A stretch of 64,000 nt of DNA from Akkermansia sp. (GTDB lineage: Bacteria > Verrucomicrobiota > Verrucomicrobiia > Verrucomicrobiales > Akkermansiaceae). Location: the NCBI GenBank assembly GCA_045651585.1, contig JAZRSQ010000093.1, forward strand, positions 19,624 to 83,623. The letters run 5' to 3'. The position numbers and the translations under genes were made by a program. Below the pieces are notes generated by a model that was not told the origin of the DNA, did not search any database, and worked only from the letters and a program-made list of their open reading frames with translations. The stretch's first letter is position 1; every line of letters starts with the position of its first letter. Of this stretch, positions 9,846-19,370 are shown one piece after another.

Positions 9846-10631
9846 ATGAGACATATCAGCTTTTACGCCATCCTGCTGCCGATTGTCTATGCCCTGCTGT
9901 TCTGGCTGGGTAACAGCGATGACTTCAAGCAGTGTCCGTACTGGAACAAGGAGGTAGCGTCTTGGTTGGGCGAAGCGCCGCCCGGGGTTACAACCGAGCT
10001 GGTTCGCCCGGATAGCTCGGCAAATTTCCCCGAAATCGTATGCCATATACCGGCAAACGAGGAGCTCCAAAAGAAGATTATCTCCACTTTTCAACTGGAG
10101 GCAAGCTACCCGGGCGTTTATGAAAGCCGCGGCATCTCACCTATCTACCCCGCTGAAAAAGAAGTACATCTGCCGATAACAGTCACTTATTACCCCCGCT
10201 TGGAGCTGAACCCGGACGGCAGCATGCGCTTTACGCTTTCTGAAAACAATCTGAGGGAAGAAGAGAATGTAAGCCAGATAAAATCCACCCCCATTCCCTA
10301 CCCTGAGTACCTGCCGGATGGCGATATCGAGATGGCTCGCTCCATCATGCTGGCCGTGCTGTGTTTCCTGCTGCCCGGCATGTTCTGCTGCGTGGGTTGG
10401 TTGTGGGTGCAGCGCCGCCCCATTCAGAGCATCGAAACGCTGTTCATTTGCCTGGTCATCCCCGCGATGGTGGCCTACATCGGCGCCTACATCGATTTTT
10501 ACATGCACGGCTTCAACAAAAGCTACGCTGTTTTCAGCGCCGTCTTCAGCATGCTCAGCAATGTTATCTGCGCCGCTGTATTGCTGGTATTCACCGGCAT
10601 TGTACGCTGGTTGTGGCGCTTGCTGAAATGA
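9846..10631 (+). CDS. Hypothetical membrane protein
   Basis: N-terminal TM, soluble domain, three C-terminal TMs; co-oriented with the upstream gene. Confidence 0.65.
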   Translation: MRHISFYAILLPIVYALLFWLGNSDDFKQCPYWNKEVASWLGEAPPGVTTELVRPDSSANFPEIVCHIPANEELQKKIISTFQLEASYPGVYESRGISPIYPAEKEVHLPITVTYYPRLELNPDGSMRFTLSENNLREEENVSQIKSTPIPYPEYLPDGDIEMARSIMLAVLCFLLPGMFCCVGWLWVQRRPIQSIETLFICLVIPAMVAYIGAYIDFYMHGFNKSYAVFSAVFSMLSNVICAAVLLVFTGIVRWLWRLLK

Positions 10632-10704
10632 ACCGTAAAATCATGCCACAGAGATGAAAACCGAACCGAAGACGCAAAAAAATGTAGCAAAAGCGAAATT
10701 TGTC

Positions 10705-10732
10705 TTTACAAACGGTCATAATTGAGTATAAT
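10705..10732 (+). promoter_or_regulatory. Promoter of rpmJ
   Basis: TTTACA - N16 - TATAAT. Confidence 0.6.
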
Positions 10733-10796
10733 GCGCGTCCCGACGCAAATGCTTCGCGGTCGAAAATCTTAACAACAAACAAACAAACCAGAGATC

Positions 10797-10961
10797 ATGA
10801 AAGTTCTTTCCTCACTCGCCTCCATGAAGCGCCGCCACGCTGATTGCCAGATCGTGAAGCGTAAGGGTACGCTCTACGTCATCTGCAAGAGCAACCCCAA
10901 GTTCAAGGCTCGTCAGGGCACGACTGCCGGCACGCGCCTGAGCAAGAAGGGTGTTAAGTAA
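10797..10961 (+). CDS. rpmJ: 50S ribosomal protein L36, type B (YkgO-like), 54 aa; below the ORF-track length cutoff
   Basis: Hand translation [54 protein letters not shown]. Confidence 0.95.
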   Translation: MKVLSSLASMKRRHADCQIVKRKGTLYVICKSNPKFKARQGTTAGTRLSKKGVK

Positions 10962-10990
10962 CCCCTGCGCGGCCTGACCGCATACAGAGA

Positions 10991-11035
10991 AAAAAGGAGA
11001 CCGGTGTGTTAATTGACCCCGGTCCTTTTTTCATT
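10991..11035 (+). terminator. Intrinsic terminator after rpmJ
   Basis: GACCGG...CCGGTC stem flanked by an A-run and a T-run. Confidence 0.65.
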
Positions 11036-11071
11036 TACTGCAAGCCCCCCCTCTCCCCCACCACGGCAACC

Positions 11072-12208
11072 ATGGAAAACACCGTCCGCACTCAGATATT
11101 CCCCATCGGCGATTTCACCTTCGACAACGGTGAAACCCTGCCGAACCTTCAACTCGCCTACGAAACCTACGGCACACTGGCACCGGATAAGAGCAACGCC
11201 ATCCTCCTTTTCCACGCCCTGACCGGCAGTCACCATGCCCATGGGTACAACGATGACGTGCCCGAGGCCGGCAATTTCTGGCAGCCGGAATATTACGAGG
11301 GCTGGTGGGACCGCATGATTGGCCCCGGCAAGCCGCTCGATACCGAGAAATACTTTATCGTGTGCATCAATTTCCTGGGCAGTTGCTATGGCTCCAGCGG
11401 CCCGGCCTCCATCGCCCCCGATGGCGAGCCTTGGGGCAGCCGATTCCCCATGGTCAATGCAAACGACCAAGCCCGTGCACAGATAAAACTCTTTGACCAC
11501 TTGGGGATTGACCGATTTGCACTGGTAGGCCCGAGCGTGGGTGGCATGCTCTCACTGGCCTTCACCAACCTGTACCCCGAGCGCGTTCGCAGCGTCATTA
11601 TCATCGGCGCCAACTACGCGCCCCCCATTGAGCACAAGCTCAGTGGCTTTGAGCAGTTCTGCGCCATTGAGATGGATGAGAAATACCGCGGTGGCCGTTA
11701 CCCGCTCAACGACCCGCCCCTGCGCGGTGTGGCTCTCGCTCGTATTATTTGCCACAAGCACTTCATTTACCAGAGAGGGCTCGAAAAGCGCGCCCGCAAA
11801 GGCTGCTCCCCCGACCGCAAGGGCCTGCTCACATGGTACACCCCCTCCCGCAGTACCGAGAGTTACATGCTGCACCAAGGCACCAAGTTCGCTAAGCGAT
11901 TCGATGCCAACGCTTACATCCGCATCATCAACATGTGGACCGGCTTCGACCTGGAGGCTATCACCGGCCGCAGCACCGACGAAACATTCCGCCGATATGC
12001 CGAGTACGGCATACCGTTCATGCTCTTCTCTATCAACACCGACTGCTGTTTCAGCCCGCGCAATATCTCGCAGTTCCACCGACGCCTGGTAAAGAACGGC
12101 GTTCAGGCCGAGTACAAGTGCATCAAATCCCAGAAGGGGCACGACTCCTTCCTGCTGGAGCCCGAGCTCTACGAGGCCGAAATCACCGCATATCTGAACA
12201 GAGTATAA
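11072..12208 (+). CDS. metX: Homoserine O-acetyltransferase
   Basis: LAYETYG, LFHALTG, GWW..MIGPGKPLDT.KYFIVC.N.LGSC.GS, nucleophile elbow GPSVGG, FDANAY, GHDSFL. Confidence 0.9.
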   Translation: MENTVRTQIFPIGDFTFDNGETLPNLQLAYETYGTLAPDKSNAILLFHALTGSHHAHGYNDDVPEAGNFWQPEYYEGWWDRMIGPGKPLDTEKYFIVCINFLGSCYGSSGPASIAPDGEPWGSRFPMVNANDQARAQIKLFDHLGIDRFALVGPSVGGMLSLAFTNLYPERVRSVIIIGANYAPPIEHKLSGFEQFCAIEMDEKYRGGRYPLNDPPLRGVALARIICHKHFIYQRGLEKRARKGCSPDRKGLLTWYTPSRSTESYMLHQGTKFAKRFDANAYIRIINMWTGFDLEAITGRSTDETFRRYAEYGIPFMLFSINTDCCFSPRNISQFHRRLVKNGVQAEYKCIKSQKGHDSFLLEPELYEAEITAYLNRV

Positions 12209-12314
12209 ACCGCAATCACCGAAAAACCTGTTTTTTTAGGCAATTTTGAATTTGTCGCTTGCAAGGGCAGTCTATTCGTGGTATACATAAAGAGTCAACA
12301 CAAACGCATATAGC

Positions 12315-13070
12315 ATGAAAATTCAACTTAACAAACAGAAGAAGGGTTTCACCCTGATTGAGCTTATGGTGGTTATCGCCATTCTCGCCTCTCTCGCAGC
12401 TGTAGGTTACGGTCCCATCATGGAGCACATGAACGACGGTGACCGTCAGCAGGCTTCCTCCAACCTGGGTCAGGTGCAGAAGCTGCTCCTTACTTTCAGC
12501 CAGGAGAACGGCTCCTACCCCTGCGACGCCACTGCTGACGCCCTGCTTGAGGACGAGCGCAACGCTGAGTACAACTTCGGTGAGCTCAAGGGTGACCGCG
12601 CTAACCCCTACTTCCGCCAGCTCTTCTACAAGGGCAACCCCACAGAGAGCACTTTCTACGCCAAGCACGATGGCATGAAAGAGCCCGATGGCAAGGTGGC
12701 CAACGGTCAGGCTCTGACCAAGGGTGAGAACGCTTTCGCCTACGTTCTTCGTAAGGAAAGCACTAACCCCGATGATACTCCCGGCAAGCGCTCCGTAACC
12801 GGCACCAGCTCCCCGCTGGCATTCAGCTGCGTTGCATCTTCCCGTACCCCCTTCACCGGCGACAAGCTTAAGTTCAACCGCACAATCTTCTACGCTCACG
12901 CTTTCATGGTGAAGACCGACGGTTCCGTAACCGACCTGAAGGACAAGCTGCAGGAAGACGGCGAGGACGACACCAAGAGCGTATACGCCGATAATTACAC
13001 CCCCTTCCCCGAGACCAAGAAGGGTCGCGACACCTCTCCTGACTACGTTATCGTAACTCCCGAGCTGTAA
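12315..13070 (+). CDS. Type IV pilin/pseudopilin-like protein
   Basis: Prepilin cleavage/methylation motif KKG-FTLIELMVVIAIL; strongly biased codon usage; own terminator. Confidence 0.9.
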   Translation: MKIQLNKQKKGFTLIELMVVIAILASLAAVGYGPIMEHMNDGDRQQASSNLGQVQKLLLTFSQENGSYPCDATADALLEDERNAEYNFGELKGDRANPYFRQLFYKGNPTESTFYAKHDGMKEPDGKVANGQALTKGENAFAYVLRKESTNPDDTPGKRSVTGTSSPLAFSCVASSRTPFTGDKLKFNRTIFYAHAFMVKTDGSVTDLKDKLQEDGEDDTKSVYADNYTPFPETKKGRDTSPDYVIVTPEL

Positions 13071-13098
13071 AGCTCACCTCAGGAACAACTCTTTTTCA

Positions 13099-13130
13099 GC
13101 GCTCAGAGCTCCGGCTCTGAGCGCCTTTTT
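13099..13130 (+). terminator. Intrinsic terminator after the pilin gene
   Basis: GCGCTCAGAGC-TCCG-GCTCTGAGCGC followed by a T-run. Confidence 0.85.
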
Positions 13131-13141
13131 ATTATGTACGT

Positions 13142-13178
13142 AAAAAAGCTCCTCGACCCGGTTTGGGAGAGGAGCTTA
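13142..13178 (-). terminator. Intrinsic terminator after ispH
   Basis: GCTCCTC...GAGGAGC stem with an A6 run on the plus strand. Confidence 0.7.
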
Positions 13179-13201
13179 AATGCACCAGAGCAAAGACTTG
13201 C

Positions 13202-14398
13202 TTAAACGATAGAGCAACCTCGCAACTCCGCCAGGCGGGCAATCACCTGCTCAATCACATTCGCCGGGCATGAAGCGCCGGCAGTCACGCCGACTTTCCA
13301 AGGGCGACTTAAATCAGCGGCGGCCGGGGGAAGCGCTACCTCCACCTCTGCCTTCTGCTTGGGGTCAAATGAGCGGATTGTGCTGAGGCTCGTCAGGCAA
13401 TCGGCCTCCTTCACAAAGAAGGTCGGCAATTTAAGGGCCGCGATATGAGCCAGATGCGTCGTATTGGAGCTGTTGTAACCACCAATGATGAACATAGCAT
13501 CCAATGGTTTATCGAGCAACTCAAACAGAGCATTCTGACGATCCTGAGTAGCACCGCAAATGGTATCAAATGCGTGGAATCTCAAATCTTCCCCATCTCG
13601 CTCCGTAACAGCTGCGCGTAAAATGGATTGAATGTGAGCCGTCTCGCTCTTGAGCATCGTGGTCTGATTGGCCATGCCGATTTCCTTCAGATGCACATCC
13701 GGGTCGAAACCGGCGGAATAACTGCCCTCAAACCGAGCCATGAAAGCAGCCCTATCACCGCGACCATTGATATAGTCGGCCAACATGCGGGCCTCTTCCT
13801 CATTGAAAATGACAATAAAGTTACCCTTGCCATCCTCACCGCATGACTGAGAGGCTGTAGCCTGACTCTCCTCATGACGAGCCTTACCATGAATCACGCT
13901 GGTAATACCCGCCTTGGCATAGTTACGCACCTTCTGCCACACGCGAATCACATTGCCACAGGTAGAATCGACCATCGTTACCCCCTTCTCTTCGAGCATG
14001 CGGCGCATGAGCACCGACACACCGAAAGCCGGGATAATGACCACGTCCTGCTCATCCAGCCCCTCATACACGGGGTCATTCAGGTTCCAAGGCAAGTGAC
14101 GCAGCCCCATGGCATCCAAATCCGCATTTACGGCGGGGTTATGAATAATTTCACCTATCAGCCAAATACGGCGCCCGGCAAACATAGCACAAGTGGCATA
14201 AGCAATCTCAATAGCACGTTTCACGCCATCACAGAAACCGAATGACGAGGCCAAATGCACCTCCAATCCCGGTAGAGTGAGCACATTGCCGCTCTCACGA
14301 ATGGAGTCTACAAGTTCGCTGTTATATTGCTGCACCTTGTCGCGCACACGGGCCATAACCTCGGGGCGGCGCACATTGATAGGCTTTCTTGCTGTCAT
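13202..14398 (-). CDS. ispH: 4-hydroxy-3-methylbut-2-enyl diphosphate reductase
   Basis: GFCDGVKRA, IIHN, DSTC, HGK..HEE, NQTTM, DTICGAT..RQ, IGGYNSSNT, GVTAGAS; start at MTARKP is an estimate. Confidence 0.93.
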   Translation of the reverse strand: MTARKPINVRRPEVMARVRDKVQQYNSELVDSIRESGNVLTLPGLEVHLASSFGFCDGVKRAIEIAYATCAMFAGRRIWLIGEIIHNPAVNADLDAMGLRHLPWNLNDPVYEGLDEQDVVIIPAFGVSVLMRRMLEEKGVTMVDSTCGNVIRVWQKVRNYAKAGITSVIHGKARHEESQATASQSCGEDGKGNFIVIFNEEEARMLADYINGRGDRAAFMARFEGSYSAGFDPDVHLKEIGMANQTTMLKSETAHIQSILRAAVTERDGEDLRFHAFDTICGATQDRQNALFELLDKPLDAMFIIGGYNSSNTTHLAHIAALKLPTFFVKEADCLTSLSTIRSFDPKQKAEVEVALPPAAADLSRPWKVGVTAGASCPANVIEQVIARLAELRGCSIV

Positions 14399-14493
14399 GA
14401 GTACATTGTGCCTGTTAGTGCCGCGAGTGTCAAGAAAAATGGCGGGGTACGCCATACTTAGCACTTGCAATCGCAGCAGCATAATAGTAATAT

Positions 14494-15018
14494 ATGGCCA
14501 TGAATATGCCCCTTTTCCGCCAGCTGTTAGCAATCCTCTGCATGCTGGCAGCTCCCTTCAGCATGGCACAGAGCCCGGATTTGGTGAACGAAGACCGAGA
14601 TTTGGTGCGCGTGATGCGCCACCCGGATGGCTCCAAGGCTGTCTACAAACGCCAGGCCGGCTGGCGTGGCATGCGCTGTGCCACCTACACAGCCAGTGGC
14701 AGACTGGCCGCCATCAACGACTACACCGAGGGTAAGTACGGCCAGCTGGTGGCCTGCGTCATTTACAACAACAAGCGCCAGCCCATCTACAAGGTTTCCT
14801 ACGGCTATGACTCTCAGGCACGCCTGATTGAGGAGCGCATGTATGCACACCCCTCCAACAAGCTCGTGCAGCGAGTCATTTACAAGTACGATGCCAACGG
14901 CAACCGCGCCAAACCGCTCATTATCTCCCTCAACAACACCGGGGCCGATATCGCCCCCACCATCAATGAGGACGTCACCAGCGCTCACCGCGAACTGCGT
15001 GGCCGACGTCGTCGCTAA
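14494..15018 (+). CDS. Secreted hypothetical protein with YD/RHS-like beta repeats
   Basis: Signal peptide; YGYDSQARL, YKYDANGNR. Confidence 0.7.
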   Translation: MAMNMPLFRQLLAILCMLAAPFSMAQSPDLVNEDRDLVRVMRHPDGSKAVYKRQAGWRGMRCATYTASGRLAAINDYTEGKYGQLVACVIYNNKRQPIYKVSYGYDSQARLIEERMYAHPSNKLVQRVIYKYDANGNRAKPLIISLNNTGADIAPTINEDVTSAHRELRGRRRR

Positions 15019-15052
15019 CCGCCCGCACCATTAAACCGAACAGATAAGACCT

Positions 15053-15346
15053 ATGGAAACTTTCTCTTGGAAAGACAAGGATGCCGATGGCAACAAAGTC
15101 GTATATGAAGCCAGCCACTTCGGCGGTTGGTGGCAGCTCACCTGCACTCCCAAAGTGGGCCGCGCCATGAAAGATGATGTGGTACCCGAGCCCGCCGAGT
15201 TCACCCCCGAACTGTGGCAGACCCTGCGTGACCTACTGTGGCGCAAGTACCAGCGTCGCCGCGTGTCATGGGCACTCATTGAGCACATCGACGACATTCT
15301 GGCCGGCAAAGCCACCAACGAACGCAGAGATCAGCGCCGCAAATGA
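15053..15346 (+). CDS. Hypothetical protein
   Basis: 97 aa; stop overlaps the mazG ATG. Confidence 0.65.
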   Translation: METFSWKDKDADGNKVVYEASHFGGWWQLTCTPKVGRAMKDDVVPEPAEFTPELWQTLRDLLWRKYQRRRVSWALIEHIDDILAGKATNERRDQRRK

Positions 15347-16161
15347 CAGACGACGAAATGATTAACTGCCGTGAGCCCGAGCGCCAGCTCGAGCGAGCCA
15401 TAGCAGTCATGCACCGCCTGCGAGCCCCGGGCGGCTGCCCTTGGGATGCCGAGCAGACCCACGAGAGCCTCATTCCCAACCTCATCGAAGAGTCCTACGA
15501 ATGCATCGATGCCATCCGTGCGAAGGATTGGGCGCACCTGCGTGAGGAGCTGGGCGATGTACTGCTGCAGGTACTCTTTCACGCCGAACTGGCAGAGGAA
15601 AATCCCGAAGCCGGATTCACACTGGCAGATGTTGCCTGTGATTTAAGCGACAAGATGGTACGCAGACACCCGCATGTGTTCGGCACCGCTCAGGTGCAGG
15701 ACAGCGATGGCGTGTTGACGCAGTGGGATGCCATTAAGCGCAAGGAGCAGTCCATTGAAGATAAGCCCTACCTGAAAAACTGCGGCAAGGGGCTTCCCTC
15801 CCTTCTGAAGGCATACAAAATCACCAAAAAAGTGGCCAAGGTAGGCTTTGACTGGCCGGACCATGCCGGAGTGGTGGAAAAGATTCGAGAAGAAACGGAC
15901 GAAGTCGCCGAAACGCTGGCCCTGCCCGATACCGACCCGCAGGTGGAAGAAGAACTCGGTGACCTGCTCTTCACCACGGTCAATCTCTGCCGCCGTCGCA
16001 AGGTTGACCCCGAGGTTGCGCTCGATGCCGCCAACCGCAAATTCGAACGCCGTTTCAACGCACTCGAAAAACTACTGAAGGCTCAGGGTATCAGCTTAGA
16101 AGACGCCACGCCCGAGCAGATGGAGAACGCTTGGCAACAGGCCAAAAAAGAACAACACTGA
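15343..16161 (+). CDS. mazG: Nucleoside triphosphate pyrophosphohydrolase MazG
   Basis: LRAPGGCPWD.EQTHESL, EESYE, EELGD.LLQ, RRHPHVF, GFDW, second EEELGDLLF. Confidence 0.95.
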   Translation: MTDDEMINCREPERQLERAIAVMHRLRAPGGCPWDAEQTHESLIPNLIEESYECIDAIRAKDWAHLREELGDVLLQVLFHAELAEENPEAGFTLADVACDLSDKMVRRHPHVFGTAQVQDSDGVLTQWDAIKRKEQSIEDKPYLKNCGKGLPSLLKAYKITKKVAKVGFDWPDHAGVVEKIREETDEVAETLALPDTDPQVEEELGDLLFTTVNLCRRRKVDPEVALDAANRKFERRFNALEKLLKAQGISLEDATPEQMENAWQQAKKEQH

Positions 16162-16166
16162 ATGCC

Positions 16167-17111
16167 ATGAAACACCCCCTGTACCGGTTCGCCCTTACTC
16201 TGCTCTGCTGCCTGCTGCCGGTGGCGTGCAGCACCCGAAAGGTTGTGGAAGAGCGCCCCGACAATCCCCTGTCGCAGGAACCCGGACAGGAGCTCGCCGG
16301 TTTTACCGCCAACCCGCTGCTGCCCGGTGGCGGTGGTCTGGGAGCAGAAACCATGCGAGTGACCTCGGAAGCCGAGCTCAAAAAAATTGACAACGGTGCT
16401 GAGGGGGAATTGATATGGACCGACCCGGACAATCCTGATGCGGACATTCCGGGGCTGACCGCTGCCTTTGAGAACCGCCGTCAGGGCAATGGGTGGACAA
16501 ACAACCTCGGCCGAGGCCTGAAACTCTCTCGCCGAGAGGGTCGCCCCCTGCTGCTGTGGTTCCACAACTCTGTTACCAGCCCCAAGAGTAAAACACTCGG
16601 CGCCGAACTGCTCGAAACAGCCAAGTTCGATTACTGGTGCAAGGACAGGATTGTGCGCGTGAAACTCGATGCCGGTGCGTCGATGGACGAAACGACCGCA
16701 GGCAACGCCCGCTATAGCATGAGTTCCATCAACAATCTGGCACGCCGCTATGGTCTCAAGCGCTTTCCCGCACTGGTCGTGGTTGACCCCACCGGCAAAA
16801 TCACCGCCCGAGTGGATGGCTATGACGGCTTCATAACCGAAGTGGAGTCGGAAATCAAATTGGGTGTAGAAACGGCTGAAAAAAACTACAAAGCCTACCG
16901 TGCTAAACTGAGCCAAAAAGGATACCGCGAATGGCGCTCTCGCAAGGGTGAAACAAGTTTTGCCAAACTTCAGCGCTACGACGAGCAGAAACAGGTCGTC
17001 TACCTGCGCTCCCCCGGTGGCAAGGTCTCCCGCACACGTCTGGATAAGTTCTGCAAGGCCGACATCGATTACCTCGACGCCCATGCCCGTGGCGAGCACA
17101 CCGACGACTGA
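16167..17111 (+). CDS. Lipoprotein with a thioredoxin-like fold (no CxxC) and an SHD1-like C-terminal domain
   Basis: Lipobox LPVA-C; PLLLWF...FPALVVVDP.G; YREWRSRKG...AKL. Confidence 0.65.
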   Translation: MKHPLYRFALTLLCCLLPVACSTRKVVEERPDNPLSQEPGQELAGFTANPLLPGGGGLGAETMRVTSEAELKKIDNGAEGELIWTDPDNPDADIPGLTAAFENRRQGNGWTNNLGRGLKLSRREGRPLLLWFHNSVTSPKSKTLGAELLETAKFDYWCKDRIVRVKLDAGASMDETTAGNARYSMSSINNLARRYGLKRFPALVVVDPTGKITARVDGYDGFITEVESEIKLGVETAEKNYKAYRAKLSQKGYREWRSRKGETSFAKLQRYDEQKQVVYLRSPGGKVSRTRLDKFCKADIDYLDAHARGEHTDD

Positions 17112-17129
17112 TAACAGCCTGAATTGACC

Positions 17130-17756
17130 ATGAACAAGTCCGATGCCACCAAGGCGAACATCATGCGCGCCGCCATTGCCCAGTTCACCCGACTGGGGTT
17201 CGATGGGGCATCCATGCGCGAGATTGCCAATGAGGCAGGCGTCAACATCGGGCTGATTCGCTACCACTTCGGCAGCAAGGCCGACCTGTACCGAGACACA
17301 CTGGCTCATGTATCGGAGCAGTACAACGAAGTTTGCTTAGCCGCCCTCGCAGCAGCGCGCGAAAAAGGCGATGTGGAAGAGCTCATCTACTCCTGGCTGG
17401 CAGCACCCATCACCCGCTGGCAGGATTCCACCGTCGCCACAGGCGAAGAAGTGCTCTGTTTCCTCAACAAGATGGGTTACGAAGCACCCGAACTCACGCG
17501 CGAGGTGTACGAATCCCACTATTCCTACGCCCTGCAGGAATGGCAGGAGGCTGTGCAAGCCCACTTTCCCGGCATGGAGCGGGCTGATTGGTTGTGGTGC
17601 CTGACCTGCCTGCGTGGCATGTACTTCAACGTTGTGGCGCACAATGACTTCACCCTCTGGGGGCTGCCCGCCATTCACGGCAAAGAACCTGCCATCCGTC
17701 GACTGGCAACGGATGCCGTGGCCCTGCTGCGTACCTATACGCAGAATCAGGCGTGA
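17130..17756 (+). CDS. TetR/AcrR family transcriptional regulator
   Basis: N-terminal HTH AAIAQF...GFDGASMREIA..AGVN...IRYHFGSK. Confidence 0.92.
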   Translation: MNKSDATKANIMRAAIAQFTRLGFDGASMREIANEAGVNIGLIRYHFGSKADLYRDTLAHVSEQYNEVCLAALAAAREKGDVEELIYSWLAAPITRWQDSTVATGEEVLCFLNKMGYEAPELTREVYESHYSYALQEWQEAVQAHFPGMERADWLWCLTCLRGMYFNVVAHNDFTLWGLPAIHGKEPAIRRLATDAVALLRTYTQNQA

Positions 17757-17827
17757 CATTCTGCCAATGTTTTCTCGACAAGGGGGGCACAATCTGCTAC
17801 CATGTTGCCACACAAAATCAGTTTTTT

Positions 17828-18676
17828 ATGATTACCACGGAATACCCCTACGGCCGCGACTTTCCCATTCTGCGCATCTCTACTGAACTGTGCACAGCAG
17901 AAATATCTTTGTACGGAGCTCAGGTGCTGCAGTGGACCCCCACCGGACAGCTGCCGGTTATCTTCATGAGCCCCAAGGCCGTCTTTGCTCAGGGTAAGGC
18001 CCTGCGTGGCGGTGTGCCGCTCTGCTGGCCGTGGTTCGGCAAGAACACCGAGGATGCCTCCCTGCCCTCGCACGGCGTGGCTCGCATATCCACTTGGCAG
18101 CATGCCGGAACCGAGGAGCTGGAGGACGGCACCGTGAAAATCATTCTGGCGCTGCCGCCCGAGCAGGAACTCATGCCCAGCGGTGCCGTTATCATTGAAT
18201 TGGGTAAAGAGCTCATGATTACCCTGCTCACCCTCGATGTACAGCGTGCTATGCCATTCTCTGCTGCTATGCACACCTACTTTGCCGTGAGCGACTACGA
18301 ACAGGTAGCCGTGACTGGTCTCGAAGAGTGCGACTTCACCGAATTCGCTGATGACGCCATCCCCCACTGCGAGGATCCGCTCATCCCCGCCGGCCACATC
18401 GACCGCATTTATCACCCCGTAGCAGAAGAACAGGAAATCACCATTCACGACCCCGCTTGGGAACGCAGTATCCGCATCTGCCGCGCCGGCTCCGGTTCCG
18501 TCGTCGTATGGAACCCCGGTCAGGAACTTGCCGACACCATGGGCGATCTGGGAGCAGAGGCAGCCAAAGGATTCCTTGCTGTGGAAACCGCAGCCGTACC
18601 GGCCGAGAATCTCACGCTTCGTTGTGGTGAAACTCATAGCTTAACCACCCGCATTCAGGTTATTTCCGTTGCGTAA
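17828..18676 (+). CDS. D-hexose-6-phosphate mutarotase (aldose 1-epimerase family)
   Basis: GAQVL.W, RGGVPLCWPWFG, HG.AR, AMHTYF, DRIY, VVWNP, VE.A. Confidence 0.9.
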   Translation: MITTEYPYGRDFPILRISTELCTAEISLYGAQVLQWTPTGQLPVIFMSPKAVFAQGKALRGGVPLCWPWFGKNTEDASLPSHGVARISTWQHAGTEELEDGTVKIILALPPEQELMPSGAVIIELGKELMITLLTLDVQRAMPFSAAMHTYFAVSDYEQVAVTGLEECDFTEFADDAIPHCEDPLIPAGHIDRIYHPVAEEQEITIHDPAWERSIRICRAGSGSVVVWNPGQELADTMGDLGAEAAKGFLAVETAAVPAENLTLRCGETHSLTTRIQVISVA

Positions 18677-18677
18677 C

Positions 18678-19349
18678 ATGAGTGAGAGCCCTCAGAAAAA
18701 GTCACTGTTCCGCCGCTTGTTGAAACTGGGGCTGTGGGGGACTCTGTCTATCATACTGCTCATCGCTCTGGCTGAAGGGTGGACGATGGCGCTCTCGCAT
18801 GGTCGTTGTCACGACAGCGCAGCCGAATGCAGGCCCAACTCTGTGGGACTTGTACTCGGCTGCTCGAAATACGTGCGCCGAGGGTACAGCAACTATTTCT
18901 ATGTGAAGCGGATGGAGGCAGCTGCGGCACTGTGGCACAGTGGCAAGGTGCGCTGCATTATCGTTTCCGGCGACAATAGGGCTATGAATTACAATGAGCC
19001 GAGGGATATGAAAAACTCCCTCATCAAGCTGGGAGTTCCGGCCAACAGGATTGTGTGCGACTTTGCCGGTATCTGCACCTACGACTCAGTGGTACGGGCT
19101 AACCGCATATTCGGTGCAGACAAGCTCATCATAGTCAGCCAAGAAAATCACGTAGAACGAGCTGTTGCCATAGCTCGGCATATGAACATCGATGCAGAGG
19201 GGCTCAACGCTCCCCGCTTTGCCATGACTCGCAGCTCGCTTGTTCGCTCCTACCTGCGGGAACGCGCGGCGCGTATCGCCATGCTGTATGATTTCCTCAC
19301 CAATCGCACGCCGCACCACATGGGCGAACCGGTCAAGTTGCCTTACTGA
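18678..19349 (+). CDS. SanA/YdcF (DUF218) family protein
   Basis: LVLG, IIVSGDN....YNEP..M, DFAG..TYDS..RA, SQ..H..RA, RE..AR. Confidence 0.88.
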   Translation: MSESPQKKSLFRRLLKLGLWGTLSIILLIALAEGWTMALSHGRCHDSAAECRPNSVGLVLGCSKYVRRGYSNYFYVKRMEAAAALWHSGKVRCIIVSGDNRAMNYNEPRDMKNSLIKLGVPANRIVCDFAGICTYDSVVRANRIFGADKLIIVSQENHVERAVAIARHMNIDAEGLNAPRFAMTRSSLVRSYLRERAARIAMLYDFLTNRTPHHMGEPVKLPY

Positions 19350-19370
19350 TTCAAAAAACGCTCTGAATAT

